Source: Candidatus Kapaibacterium sp. (GTDB lineage: Bacteria > Bacteroidota > Ignavibacteria > OLB7). From it: a stretch of DNA of 64,000 bases. This document shows, in pieces, positions 9,532 through 18,143 of this stretch. Location: contig DATLHO010000017.1 of the NCBI GenBank assembly GCA_035539855.1, positions 13,291 through 77,290 of the forward strand, read 5' to 3'. The notes beneath the pieces were generated by a model. That model did no database searches. It had not been told where the DNA came from and saw only the letters and a program-made list of their open reading frames with translations. Both the position numbers and the translations under genes were made by a program. The number at the start of each line of letters is the position of its first letter. Positions within the stretch are counted from its first letter, which is position 1.

Positions 9532-10986
9532 CTACCCACCCAGCTTCCCCGCCAGCTCCTCCGGAACCGTCACCAGCGCACGCCAGTCATTGGGCTCGGC
9601 ACGCATCCGCGCGATGAGCTCCTCGCGCAACGCGTGCAGGCGCGGGCTGATCGTGACCGGATATCGCTCGATGTCCGCGAAGCGCACACGCTGCGCCTCG
9701 ACGAACGCTTTGAGCTTCGTGATGGGAGGGATCGGCTCGTAGAATCCCTTCGTCCAGAAGGGGACCAGCAGCGGCTCGATCGTCGTCGCGCCGTCGATCG
9801 CGATGTCCTCACCGTCGAGGCCGATGACGTCGCCGATGTAGTGACCGGCGTCGTCGGCGCCGCGATAGACCTGCAGGCGGCCGGGCAGCGTCGACTTCTC
9901 GACGGTGCTCGAGAGCTTCATCGTCGGTCGACCGCCGATGAGGCATTCCTTGAAGATCACTCCCGCGACCGACGAGATCTCGCTGATGAGCTTCGTGCCG
10001 ATGCCGAATCCCTCAGCCTCGGGGAAGCGCTCGACCGCGTCGCGAACGCGCTCGGCATCGAGGTCGCCGGTGAGGATCGGCATCAGGCCGAGCAGTCCGT
10101 TGGCCTCGAAGAAACGATGGCACCAGGCTCCGACCGCGGCCAGGTCGCCGCTGTCGACGCGGTATCCCTTGAATGCCGCGCGGCGCGCCGGACTCGATGT
10201 CGCCGCGAGCACCGCGTGGACCGCGCCCTGGTAGACGTCGATCGTGTCGAGGAGGATGACGGTGCCGTTGGGGTTCGCGTCGAGCCAGCGCTCGAACGCG
10301 ACCTGTTCGAAATGCTTCGCGCTGCCCGTGCGCTCGTCGATCTCCGGCTCGTCGATGTAGCGCACGTACGACTGCTGCCAGTAATGCGCCTCGGTTCCGA
10401 CCGCCGGGATGTCGAGCCTGTGCGCGGCCTCGACGTTCGAGGTGTCGTTGAAGCCGCCGATGTACGCCGCGGTTGCCACGTCGATCGAGCGCTCGACGTC
10501 GCCGTTGCGACGCAGCGAGAAGTCGCTCAGCCATCGCTCGCCCGCTGCCATGCGGATGCGCATCGCGTTGGCGGCCACCGTCATCGGCAGGTCGAACGCG
10601 TGCTCGAACTTGATCTCCTGCGCCTGCGTGACGCCGAACGCGCCCGTGATGTCGGCGAAGGGCTCCCCCGCGAACACGATCGTGCCCGGTCGCACGGCGC
10701 GCACGGCCCCGGCGTAGTGCATCTCCTCGATCGCAGCGGCGAAGAGCTCCAGACCACCGCGGTCCTGCTCGAGAAATCGAAGGCGGGGTCGGTCGAGATG
10801 GCTGTCGGTGAGCATCCGCACGAGGCGCTCGTGGCCGAGGCACGGAGCGAACCGGAGCTTGCGCTGCGTGACGTAGAAGGTCGCCTCGACGTCGCTGAGA
10901 CTCTCGCCGTGCAGGTGGGTCTCGGGCTTGTACGACGCGTTGCCCATCACCGCGTGGTAGCGATCGAAGTTCAGCGCCGCCATCAC
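9532..10986 (-). CDS. pncB: Nicotinate phosphoribosyltransferase
   Basis: 484 aa with NAPRTase-like regions (GTEAHYWQQ, GIGTKL). It overlaps the pncA stop by 4 nt. Confidence 0.85.
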   Translation of the reverse strand: MMAALNFDRYHAVMGNASYKPETHLHGESLSDVEATFYVTQRKLRFAPCLGHERLVRMLTDSHLDRPRLRFLEQDRGGLELFAAAIEEMHYAGAVRAVRPGTIVFAGEPFADITGAFGVTQAQEIKFEHAFDLPMTVAANAMRIRMAAGERWLSDFSLRRNGDVERSIDVATAAYIGGFNDTSNVEAAHRLDIPAVGTEAHYWQQSYVRYIDEPEIDERTGSAKHFEQVAFERWLDANPNGTVILLDTIDVYQGAVHAVLAATSSPARRAAFKGYRVDSGDLAAVGAWCHRFFEANGLLGLMPILTGDLDAERVRDAVERFPEAEGFGIGTKLISEISSVAGVIFKECLIGGRPTMKLSSTVEKSTLPGRLQVYRGADDAGHYIGDVIGLDGEDIAIDGATTIEPLLVPFWTKGFYEPIPPITKLKAFVEAQRVRFADIERYPVTISPRLHALREELIARMRAEPNDWRALVTVPEELAGKLGG

Positions 10987-11546
10987 ACGACCTCCGCGCC
11001 GCGCTCACGCATCTCGGCGATCGCGCGTTCGTCGTCGCCGGGCTCGAGGTTGACGCCCCGCATCGCCTCGGCGATCGCCCGCACGCGGAAGCCCGCGGCC
11101 AGCGCGTCGAGCACCGTGTTCTTGACGCAGTAATCCGTGGCGAGCCCGCCGACCCACACCTCCTCGACGCCGCGCTCGCGCAGCAGCGATGCCAGGTCGG
11201 TGCCGTCGAAGGCGGAGTACGAGTCCTCGTCGCCGGTGCCCTTCGACACGACGACGATGCGAGGATCGTCCAGCAGGGCGCGATGGAACGCGGCCCCGTC
11301 GGTGCCCTGCACGCAGTGCACCGGCCAGACGCCGCCGAAGTCCTTGAAGTGCGGGGTCGTCGCCGGATGCCAGTCGCGGCTCTTGACGACGAGCTCGCCG
11401 CGCTCGAGGAACTCGGCGATCAGCGCGTTGAGCGGCTCGACGACCGCGTCGCCGCCCGGCACCGCGAGCGATCCGCCCGGACAGAAGTCGTTCTGCACGT
11501 CGACGACGATGAGGGCGCGGATGGGATGCGGCTGTTGATCGTTCAT
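10983..11546 (-). CDS. pncA: Nicotinamidase / pyrazinamidase (isochorismatase fold)
   Basis: Motifs ALIVVDVQNDFCPGGSL, WPVHCVQGT and GLATDYCV match PncA catalytic and metal-binding regions. Confidence 0.9.
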   Translation of the reverse strand: MNDQQPHPIRALIVVDVQNDFCPGGSLAVPGGDAVVEPLNALIAEFLERGELVVKSRDWHPATTPHFKDFGGVWPVHCVQGTDGAAFHRALLDDPRIVVVSKGTGDEDSYSAFDGTDLASLLRERGVEEVWVGGLATDYCVKNTVLDALAAGFRVRAIAEAMRGVNLEPGDDERAIAEMRERGAEVV

Positions 11547-11595
11547 TGCGGTGCTGCTATGTTCGGGACCCGTTCAACTCCACCGAGGTGTCCTG

Positions 11596-11793
11596 ATGAC
11601 CGACGAGGCAATCCCCCGCGAAGAGCTCGAGGCAATCTTCAAGGATCTGAAGAAGCGCTCCGAATGGAGCATCATGAAGATCTACGATGACGGCGGCGTC
11701 AAGCTCATCGACGAGTTCGGCGTCTTCCGCGAGTTCGATCACTACGAGGAGTTCCTCGCCTACGTGCGCCGGCTCGACCGGCAGCGTCGCTAG
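11596..11793 (+). CDS. Small hypothetical protein (65 aa)
   Basis: ORF with plausible composition. Start at internal ATG 11596. It converges on and overlaps the GNAT gene stop by 4 nt. There is no homology evidence. Confidence 0.4.
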   Translation: MTDEAIPREELEAIFKDLKKRSEWSIMKIYDDGGVKLIDEFGVFREFDHYEEFLAYVRRLDRQRR

Positions 11794-12305
11794 CTCGCTC
11801 CGTCGACGAGCGTCTTGCTCATGACCACGCTGCGGTAGTTGACGTCCTTCCACTGGACGCCGTCGACGAGGCGATAGCCGTGGCGCGCGTAGTACTCGAT
11901 CAGGTGCGTCGCCGTCTCGGCCGTGTCGAGCGCGAGCTCGTCGAGTCCCACGGCGCGCGCGGCACGCTCGACGTGCTCGAGCAGCAGGTTGCCGATGCCG
12001 CCGCCCTGATGCGCCGGCTCGACACCGAACTGCCCGAAGTACCCGACGCCGTCGCGTGCGTACCATGCAGGACCGTGCTCCAACGTGCGGCGGTACAGGC
12101 AGATCGTGCCGACGATGCGCCCGTCGAGCTCGGCGACGAAGCAGCGCCCGGACTCGACGCGCGAGCGTGTCTGCTCGACGGTCTGGTGCGTCGCGAAGAA
12201 GCGCAGGCCCATCTCCGCGAGTCGAGCGTACGCGCGATGCAGCAGCTCGGTGAGATGCTCGAGCGAGTCGGTCTCGGCGATCGGTCTGATGATTGGGTCG
12301 CTCAC
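11790..12305 (-). CDS. GNAT family N-acetyltransferase
   Basis: Acetyl-CoA binding motif region (FGVEPAHQGGGIGNLLLEHVERAA) and typical GNAT length. Confidence 0.8.
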   Translation of the reverse strand: MSDPIIRPIAETDSLEHLTELLHRAYARLAEMGLRFFATHQTVEQTRSRVESGRCFVAELDGRIVGTICLYRRTLEHGPAWYARDGVGYFGQFGVEPAHQGGGIGNLLLEHVERAARAVGLDELALDTAETATHLIEYYARHGYRLVDGVQWKDVNYRSVVMSKTLVDGAS

Positions 12306-12354
12306 CGCCGCGCGATCTGCGAAGAGTTGCGTGTGGATCAGGCCACGGCGTCGA

Positions 12355-13062
12355 TCACGCCATGTTGTGATAGACGGCCTGCACGTCGTCGTCGTCCTCG
12401 AGCTTCTCGATGAGACTGAGCACGCTCTCCTGCGTCTCCTCGGGGACCTGCGTCGTGTTGGTGGGGATGCGCTGCACCTCGGCGCTCTCGACGGCGATTC
12501 CCCGCTCCTCGAGCGCGCGCGCCATCGTCCCGAAGTCCGCGAACGACGTCGTCACGTAGACCGTTCCCTCGTCCACCTCGATCTCCTCGGCGCCGAAGTC
12601 GATGAGCTCGAGCTCGAGCGACTCGACGTCGATGCCCTCGGACGGGAAGCGGAAGACGCCCTTCTTCTCGAAGAGGAACTCGAGCGATCCCGACTGGCCG
12701 AGCGTGCCGCCGTTGCGCGAGAAGTACATGCGCACGTTCGCGACGGTGCGCGTCGGGTTGTCGGTCGCGCAGTCGATCATCAGCGCGACGCCGCCGGGTC
12801 CGTAGCCCTCGTAGGTCGCCTCCTGGAAACTGCCCTCCTCCTTCGCCATCGCCTTCTTGATCGACGACTCGACGGTATCCTTGGGCATGTTCGCGCCCTT
12901 GGCGTTCTGGATCGCCGTGCGCAGGCGCGCGTTCGTCGCGGGATCGGGTCCGCCGGCCTTCACCGCCATCGCGATCTGGCGGCCGATCTTCGTGAACGTC
13001 TTCGACATCTTTCCCCAGCGCTTCTCCTTGCGCGCGCGCCGGAACTCAAAAGCTCTCCCCAT
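12355..13062 (-). CDS. yebC: YebC/PmpR family DNA-binding transcriptional regulator
   Basis: The N-terminus MGRAFEFRRARKEKRWGKMSK, plus YEGYGPGGVA and VQAVYHN, are hallmark YebC sequences. Start set at ATG 13062. Confidence 0.9.
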   Translation of the reverse strand: MGRAFEFRRARKEKRWGKMSKTFTKIGRQIAMAVKAGGPDPATNARLRTAIQNAKGANMPKDTVESSIKKAMAKEEGSFQEATYEGYGPGGVALMIDCATDNPTRTVANVRMYFSRNGGTLGQSGSLEFLFEKKGVFRFPSEGIDVESLELELIDFGAEEIEVDEGTVYVTTSFADFGTMARALEERGIAVESAEVQRIPTNTTQVPEETQESVLSLIEKLEDDDDVQAVYHNMA

Positions 13063-13155
13063 GGTGGGCCGTCGTCGGTGTTGGTGTTCGTTGCTGGTTG
13101 CGTAGACCTGCAAATATGCGGCAACCGGGGAGAAGAATCGACGAAGGGGCGGCGA

Positions 13156-13659
13156 TCACGACGGGCGGACGAGCTCGAGCTCCTCCTCCTCGACCGCGCG
13201 AAGCGTCTCGAGGTGGATTCGTCGGCGCACGACGAAGAACCAGAGCACGGACACCGGCAGGGCGCAGAGAGCGCCGGCGGCCGCGCCCAGCAGCACGAGG
13301 CCGATGACGTCCGCGGCGGACCCGATGCCGCCGCCGAACGTGAGCTGGAAGGCCAGCAGCGACGACGCGCCGAAGGTCGCGCCGAGCAGCAGGAAGCCGT
13401 TGTGCCACCAGAGGTGCCGCGGCATCCGCGTGGTTCGCCCGCAGTGATGGTAGCCGAAGCCCGCGATCGCCAGGGCGAAGATCGCGACGAACGGCGCGGA
13501 GAATCGGTAGGCGAGCACGAGGTTCGACTGCCCGAACGTCTCGTCGAAGATCAGGTGGTTGTTCCCCTGCAGAATCCCCGCCGCGATCAGCGTCAGGGGG
13601 GCCGGGAAGATGAATCCGAGGATCAGACTCCCGATGAGAGCGACGATGCGTATCGGCAT
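13156..13659 (-). CDS. Hypothetical integral membrane protein
   Basis: Four to five hydrophobic helices. No recognisable family. Confidence 0.55.
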   Translation of the reverse strand: MPIRIVALIGSLILGFIFPAPLTLIAAGILQGNNHLIFDETFGQSNLVLAYRFSAPFVAIFALAIAGFGYHHCGRTTRMPRHLWWHNGFLLLGATFGASSLLAFQLTFGGGIGSAADVIGLVLLGAAAGALCALPVSVLWFFVVRRRIHLETLRAVEEEELELVRPS

Positions 13660-13795
13660 ACGATGCTGTCCGGCTCGTGTGCTCGGGTATCGAGCATGCG
13701 CCGGATTCCTCCGACGGATTGTGATGCACGTTGAATGCCAACGCGGCGAATCGGGCGCGGCAAACGCCGAATGTTGCGCGATCAGGCGCTGGCGA

Positions 13796-14137
13796 TCACT
13801 CGCCGGAGATGAACCACACCTTCGCGATCAACGCGTCGCGCACCTGGTAGATCGCGACCGCGCGTCTGGTGCCGCCGCCGGGCGCACCAGTGACGGTCTC
13901 GTCGTCGATCACATGGTCGCCGATGACGATCCGCTTCGTGATGTGCGTCTTCAGATCCGGCGCGCTCGCGAAGAGCTTCGCGTAGCGCTCGCGGAGCTCG
14001 TCCCGACCTTTCATGCGGAGTGTCGCCGGGTGATCGTAGATCTCGACGTCCTCGGTATAGGTCGCGACGAACGCGTCGATGTCGCCGATGTCGTAGGCGT
14101 CGAGCTGGCGCTGGACGATGATGTCGGGTGGCTGCAT
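13796..14137 (-). CDS. SnoaL/NTF2-like (steroid delta-isomerase-like) small protein
   Basis: 113 aa with the pattern QLDAYDIGDIDAFVATY...V.D...V, typical of NTF2-like fold proteins. Confidence 0.6.
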   Translation of the reverse strand: MQPPDIIVQRQLDAYDIGDIDAFVATYTEDVEIYDHPATLRMKGRDELRERYAKLFASAPDLKTHITKRIVIGDHVIDDETVTGAPGGGTRRAVAIYQVRDALIAKVWFISGE

Positions 14138-14253
14138 GGTTTTCGATGAAGGACGGCGGGTTTCCGGTGCGCCGAAGATAGCGAACGCCGGCGCGACACG
14201 ACGAAGGCGGCTAACCGACGTTCAACGGCGTAGAGTGGCGTAGAACGTTGGCA

Positions 14254-14283
14254 GCGAATTCACTGTGGCCCTATGGATGACCG
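14254..14283. repeat. Possible inverted relic of the 8.3-9.0 kb repeat family
   Basis: GAATTCACTGTGGCCCTAT followed by GGATGAC. Its reverse complement, GTCATCC-ATAGGGCCACAGTGAATTC, matches ATAGGGCCACTGCGAATTC of the repeat at 17 of 19 positions, plus the GTCATCC terminus. Confidence 0.45.
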
Positions 14284-14918
14284 AGATCGTCGGGATCGGG
14301 AGGAGGTACATACTTCCGATGATCGAATGGTGGTGTGAAGCCCAGGTAGGTCCGCCAGGCCTCGAGATCGACTCCGGAAGAATCCCACCGAGACTCATCA
14401 CCGACGAATTTGTCCCAGCCCAAGAGGACCAGGCCCCGGTCTTCCATGACCGTCGGGAGCGTCGCACAGACAATGGTTCCACCGGTTATTGGAAAGCTGA
14501 ATGCGGTCCAGGCGTCACGGGGAACGTCCTTCCTGTGAACGGCGTACAACGACACGAGCATCACGAACTCGTCACCGCTCGATGGCTCCCGGACGATTGC
14601 TGCTCCGTACGCCTCATCCCAAACAATGCTGTCCGAGCCACCCTTGCCGAGATTCCAGGACAAGGCGTCGGCGCGTACAAGCACAAGGTCTCGGAGCATT
14701 GTGAAGTCACGCCTGCTATCGTCTCGGCACATGACGCCTGCCCCCGCACTCAGAAGGCTATCGAAGTAGCGTTCGAAGTCCTGACCCAATGGCGTCGCGG
14801 CTCGCGCTGAAGGCGTCATCGTCCGCGGCCGGCACGCGCTTGTGCCGAGGCACAACAGACATAGCGCGCAGGCAAGCAGTGTCCCTGACCGTTTGGAGAT
14901 ACCGTTCATACTCATCAC
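14271..14918 (-). CDS. Hypothetical lipoprotein in a lower-GC patch
   Basis: Signal peptide and lipobox (LLACALCLLCLGTSAC). The region is visibly less GC-rich than its flanks. It lies downstream of the LytTR regulator on the same strand. The overlapping + strand ORF 14265..14810 was judged less likely. Confidence 0.5.
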   Translation of the reverse strand: MMSMNGISKRSGTLLACALCLLCLGTSACRPRTMTPSARAATPLGQDFERYFDSLLSAGAGVMCRDDSRRDFTMLRDLVLVRADALSWNLGKGGSDSIVWDEAYGAAIVREPSSGDEFVMLVSLYAVHRKDVPRDAWTAFSFPITGGTIVCATLPTVMEDRGLVLLGWDKFVGDESRWDSSGVDLEAWRTYLGFTPPFDHRKYVPPPDPDDLGHP

Positions 14919-14999
14919 TCAGGTCAAAGCTCGGTTAAGCCGGCAGCGTGCAACGACGGCTCCACCATTCCTGGACGCGCACTACGAGACAATGCATCA

Positions 15000-15728
15000 T
15001 CACCCACCGAGAACGCCCCTGACGACCCGTATGCGGCGGCGTGCGACCGGGAGCTGCGTCCCGTCATCCAAACGCACGACCGCCGCTCCCGCGAACCACG
15101 GAACGAGCTCGCGGATCGCGCGCGTGCTGACGATGTACGAGCGGTGGATCCGCAGGAACGCCGCCGGATCGAGCCGCACCTCGAGCTCGTCGAGCGTGAA
15201 GTCGATCGCGTGCTCGCCATCGTCGAGGCGCGCGTAGACGACGCGGTCGCGCGACTCGAGCCAGCGGATCGCCTCGACCGGAACGATGCGCAGTCGCCGG
15301 CCCTGGTGAACTGCAATGCGAGCCAGCGGCACGCCCTTCGCGTCGGTCGGCCCCGTCTCGCCGGCGGCGTCGATAAACCTCTTCGCCTGCTGCAGCGTCC
15401 GTTCGAGCGCCGCGGGGCGGACGGGCTTGGTGAGGTAGCCGATCGCCTGCACGTCGAAGGCGCGCAGCGCGTGCTCGTCGTGGGCGGTGACGAAGACGAT
15501 CAAGGGCCGATGCGGCGTCATCAGCTCGGCGACGTCGAAGCCGTCGAGGCCCGGCATCGACACGTCGAGGAAGACGAGATCGGGACGCAGCCGCTGCACG
15601 AGCTCGAGAGCCTCGCGGCCCGACGACGCCTCCGCCGCGACCTCTACGGGCTCGGCGGCGTCGGCCAGCAGCATGCGCAGTCGCGCCCGCGCCAGCGGCT
15701 CGTCATCGACGGTGATGCAGCGGATCAT
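15000..15728 (-). CDS. LytTR-family two-component response regulator
   Basis: Receiver domain (VDDEPLAR...DLVFLDVSMPGLDG...TKP) plus a C-terminal LytTR DNA-binding domain (FLRIHRSYIV). Confidence 0.9.
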   Translation of the reverse strand: MIRCITVDDEPLARARLRMLLADAAEPVEVAAEASSGREALELVQRLRPDLVFLDVSMPGLDGFDVAELMTPHRPLIVFVTAHDEHALRAFDVQAIGYLTKPVRPAALERTLQQAKRFIDAAGETGPTDAKGVPLARIAVHQGRRLRIVPVEAIRWLESRDRVVYARLDDGEHAIDFTLDELEVRLDPAAFLRIHRSYIVSTRAIRELVPWFAGAAVVRLDDGTQLPVARRRIRVVRGVLGG

Positions 15729-16797
15729 CGGTCAGGAGTTTGTTCGTTGGCTCGCGTCTCTCCATTGGGAGTCTCACGCACACCGCTCCGCGCTCGAGAC
15801 GCATCGTCGCGCCGGCGCCGAGCTCCAGCCGCAGTCGCTCGCGAATGTTCGACAGCCCGTGCCCGGCGGTCGAAAGCGTGTCGATGTCCGCAACCCGAAA
15901 ACCCGGACCGCTGTCGGCGACGACGATCTCCACACGGTCGTCGACCTCGCGGGCGACGATCGAGATCGTGAACGGTCCCTCGATGCGGCTGAGCCCGTGC
16001 TTGATCGCGTTCTCGACGAGCGGCTGCAGGAGCAGGCTCACCGCACGGATGTCGCGAAGCCTCTCGGGCACGTCGATGACGATCGAGAGCCGGTCGCCGA
16101 AGCGCGCCTGCTCGATCGTCGTGTAGAGCTCGAGCGCGTCGACCTCCTCGCCGAGCGTCACGGCCGGCTGTGCCGAGGCGCGCAGGCTGTAGCGAAAGAG
16201 ATCGGCGAGCGACTCGATCACGCGCTCGGCCTGTGCCGGAGCGATCCGAACGAGCGCGGCGATGGAGTTGAGCGAGTTGAACAGGAAGTGGGGATTGATC
16301 TGCGCGCGCAACACGCCGAGCTCGGCGCGCACGGCCGCCTGCTCGGCCCGCTCGAGCCGGGCGTGGAAGAGCTCGAGGTAGACGTAGCCGTTGCCGATGA
16401 TCGAGGCGCCGACGGCGACGATTGCGATCAGCAGGAAGGTCGAGAGATTGCCGAAGAGCCGGAAGCCGGAGACCAGCTCGATGATGCGCGTTGCGGCCGC
16501 GAGCGAGACGAGCGTCGCGGCGCCGAGCGCGAGCACGCGCGCCAGCACGTCGCGACGTGTACGCAGCGGCAGACGGCGCTCGAGCCCGTGCGCGACGAGC
16601 TCCTGCGCCCCGCGCATCATGATCGCGTAGGCGATGCCGATCGCGGTCGTCCAGAGCGCGCCGCGCGCGTCGAGCGTGGCTCCGAAGATCACGAGATAGA
16701 CGATCGCGCCGGCGACGGCGCCCCACAGGGCGGTCCGTGCCAGCCAGCGGGCGACGACGCCCGGCATCGCGCGGGTAGCGGCGGTTCTGGCAGTCAT
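15703..16797 (-). CDS. LytS/YehU-type sensor histidine kinase
   Basis: Multi-TM N-terminus. His_kinase motif INPHFLFNSLNSI and HATPase_c motifs (NAIKHG, DSGPGF). It overlaps the regulator gene by 26 nt. Confidence 0.85.
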   Translation of the reverse strand: MTARTAATRAMPGVVARWLARTALWGAVAGAIVYLVIFGATLDARGALWTTAIGIAYAIMMRGAQELVAHGLERRLPLRTRRDVLARVLALGAATLVSLAAATRIIELVSGFRLFGNLSTFLLIAIVAVGASIIGNGYVYLELFHARLERAEQAAVRAELGVLRAQINPHFLFNSLNSIAALVRIAPAQAERVIESLADLFRYSLRASAQPAVTLGEEVDALELYTTIEQARFGDRLSIVIDVPERLRDIRAVSLLLQPLVENAIKHGLSRIEGPFTISIVAREVDDRVEIVVADSGPGFRVADIDTLSTAGHGLSNIRERLRLELGAGATMRLERGAVCVRLPMERREPTNKLLTDDPLHHRR

Positions 16798-16998
16798 ACC
16801 GAGGTCAAGATAACGACGGGCCGGCGCCGCACGCGCCGATCGGTCGCTACGCGCGCGACCGTTCGTCCGGCGGATTCGACCGCTCGTCGGAACTATCCGC
16901 CATCGGACGAATCCTCGCCGGCCCTGCTTCGTTCGAGGCGTAGGTTTGCAGCGTCAATCGACGACACCGAACCGGAGATAACATTCACGTTGACACCA

Positions 16999-17937
16999 AT
17001 GACACTCATGAGCCTCACGACACGACTCCTCACGCTAACCGCAATGCTCGCCCTCGTCGCGGCGCCGACCGCTCTTGCGCAGGGCGAGCCGGTGCCCCAT
17101 CGCTCGCTCGACATGATCGGAATCGCACGCACGTACGCCTCCGAGAACCTTCCGTCCGATGCCCGGATGGTGCTGATCGGCGCGATCGGCAACGTCGAGC
17201 CAGCGCCCGGCATGATGCTGACGATCAACACCGACAGCGGCACGGCCAACGCCTGGGCTTACATCCACTACATCCCTTCGCAGGATCGGTTCGTATCGGT
17301 CGCGGTCGTTGACGTGCCGCCGTTCGGACCGCAGATCTTCGAGACCGAGCCGCCGACGGAGATTCCCGCATCGCTCGTCGACTCGTTGCGGCTCGCGGAT
17401 CCGTTCGCCGGGAGCGGCGCGATGGCGACGCGGCTGATGCTCGACGTCGACTACCTCGACTTCCGCGAGAAGTACCCGTCGGTGCGCGCGGACATCGTCT
17501 CGTACAGCGACCCGACCTCGCGCGACTCGGTCGTGCTGCCGCCGGCGTTTCCGCTCGACGCGCCGCTGTGGTCTGTTCGCTTCCTCGGCGGCGGAGACTC
17601 GGCCCTGATCTGCTGGGTGAGCGGCAGCACGGGCGAGAGCTACTGCGTCCGGGGCGCGGCCGCGGCGATCGAGGACGAGAGCCAGCGCGGCGACGCGACG
17701 GTGATCCCCAATCCCGCCACCGGAAGCGCCACGGTGATCCTGCCGCCGGGCCTCGACGACGAGAGCGACGTCGCGCTCTACGACGCGACCGGCCGACGGG
17801 TCGCCGCCGCACGCCGCATCGAGCGCGCCGGCGACGCATGGCAGGCAACCGTCGATGTGTCGGAGCTGCCCGCCGGCACCTACTATGTCGCTGCCGAGGG
17901 GGCACGCGCGCTCGCACGAATCGTCGTCGCCCGGTAG
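16999..17937 (+). CDS. Secreted hypothetical protein with T9SS C-terminal sorting domain
   Basis: Signal peptide (LTAMLALVAAPTALAQ). The C-terminus IPNPATGSATVILP...VALYDATGRRV...LPAGTYYVAAEG is a classic Por secretion tail. The start was re-set inside the 816-aa read-through ORF. Confidence 0.7.
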   Translation: MTLMSLTTRLLTLTAMLALVAAPTALAQGEPVPHRSLDMIGIARTYASENLPSDARMVLIGAIGNVEPAPGMMLTINTDSGTANAWAYIHYIPSQDRFVSVAVVDVPPFGPQIFETEPPTEIPASLVDSLRLADPFAGSGAMATRLMLDVDYLDFREKYPSVRADIVSYSDPTSRDSVVLPPAFPLDAPLWSVRFLGGGDSALICWVSGSTGESYCVRGAAAAIEDESQRGDATVIPNPATGSATVILPPGLDDESDVALYDATGRRVAAARRIERAGDAWQATVDVSELPAGTYYVAAEGARALARIVVAR

Positions 17938-18035
17938 ACGGCGGCGAGGCTCGCAGGAACGTCGCTGCGGTGGCGCACGCGGAGGTCTGGATCCGGGACG
18001 ACCCGTGGCCTTCGGAAGGGGTGGTCAGGAAGCAC

Positions 18036-18067
18036 GAAGGGGCTCCTCGGAAACGAGGAGCCCCTTC
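18036..18067. terminator. Bidirectional stem-loop between convergent genes
   Basis: Perfect 14-bp stem GAAGGGGCTCCTCG / CGAGGAGCCCCTTC with a GAAA loop. Confidence 0.6.
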
Positions 18068-18143
18068 GGCAATTCAAGGCTTGCGCGCGGAGTCGTGCGG
18101 GCGTTGTCGACGGGCTCAACGAGCGAGCCGGCGCACGCGGGCG

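Noticed and set aside
14265-14810. 181-aa + strand ORF in the lower-GC patch
   Set aside because: The overlapping - strand ORF has a convincing signal peptide and lipobox and is co-oriented with the upstream two-component genes. The + strand ORF has neither. The choice remains uncertain.
15487-17937. 816-aa ORF on the + strand
   Set aside because: The first ~500 codons are antisense to the LytTR and LytS genes and have no protein-like features. The real gene starts at ATG 16999 with a signal peptide.
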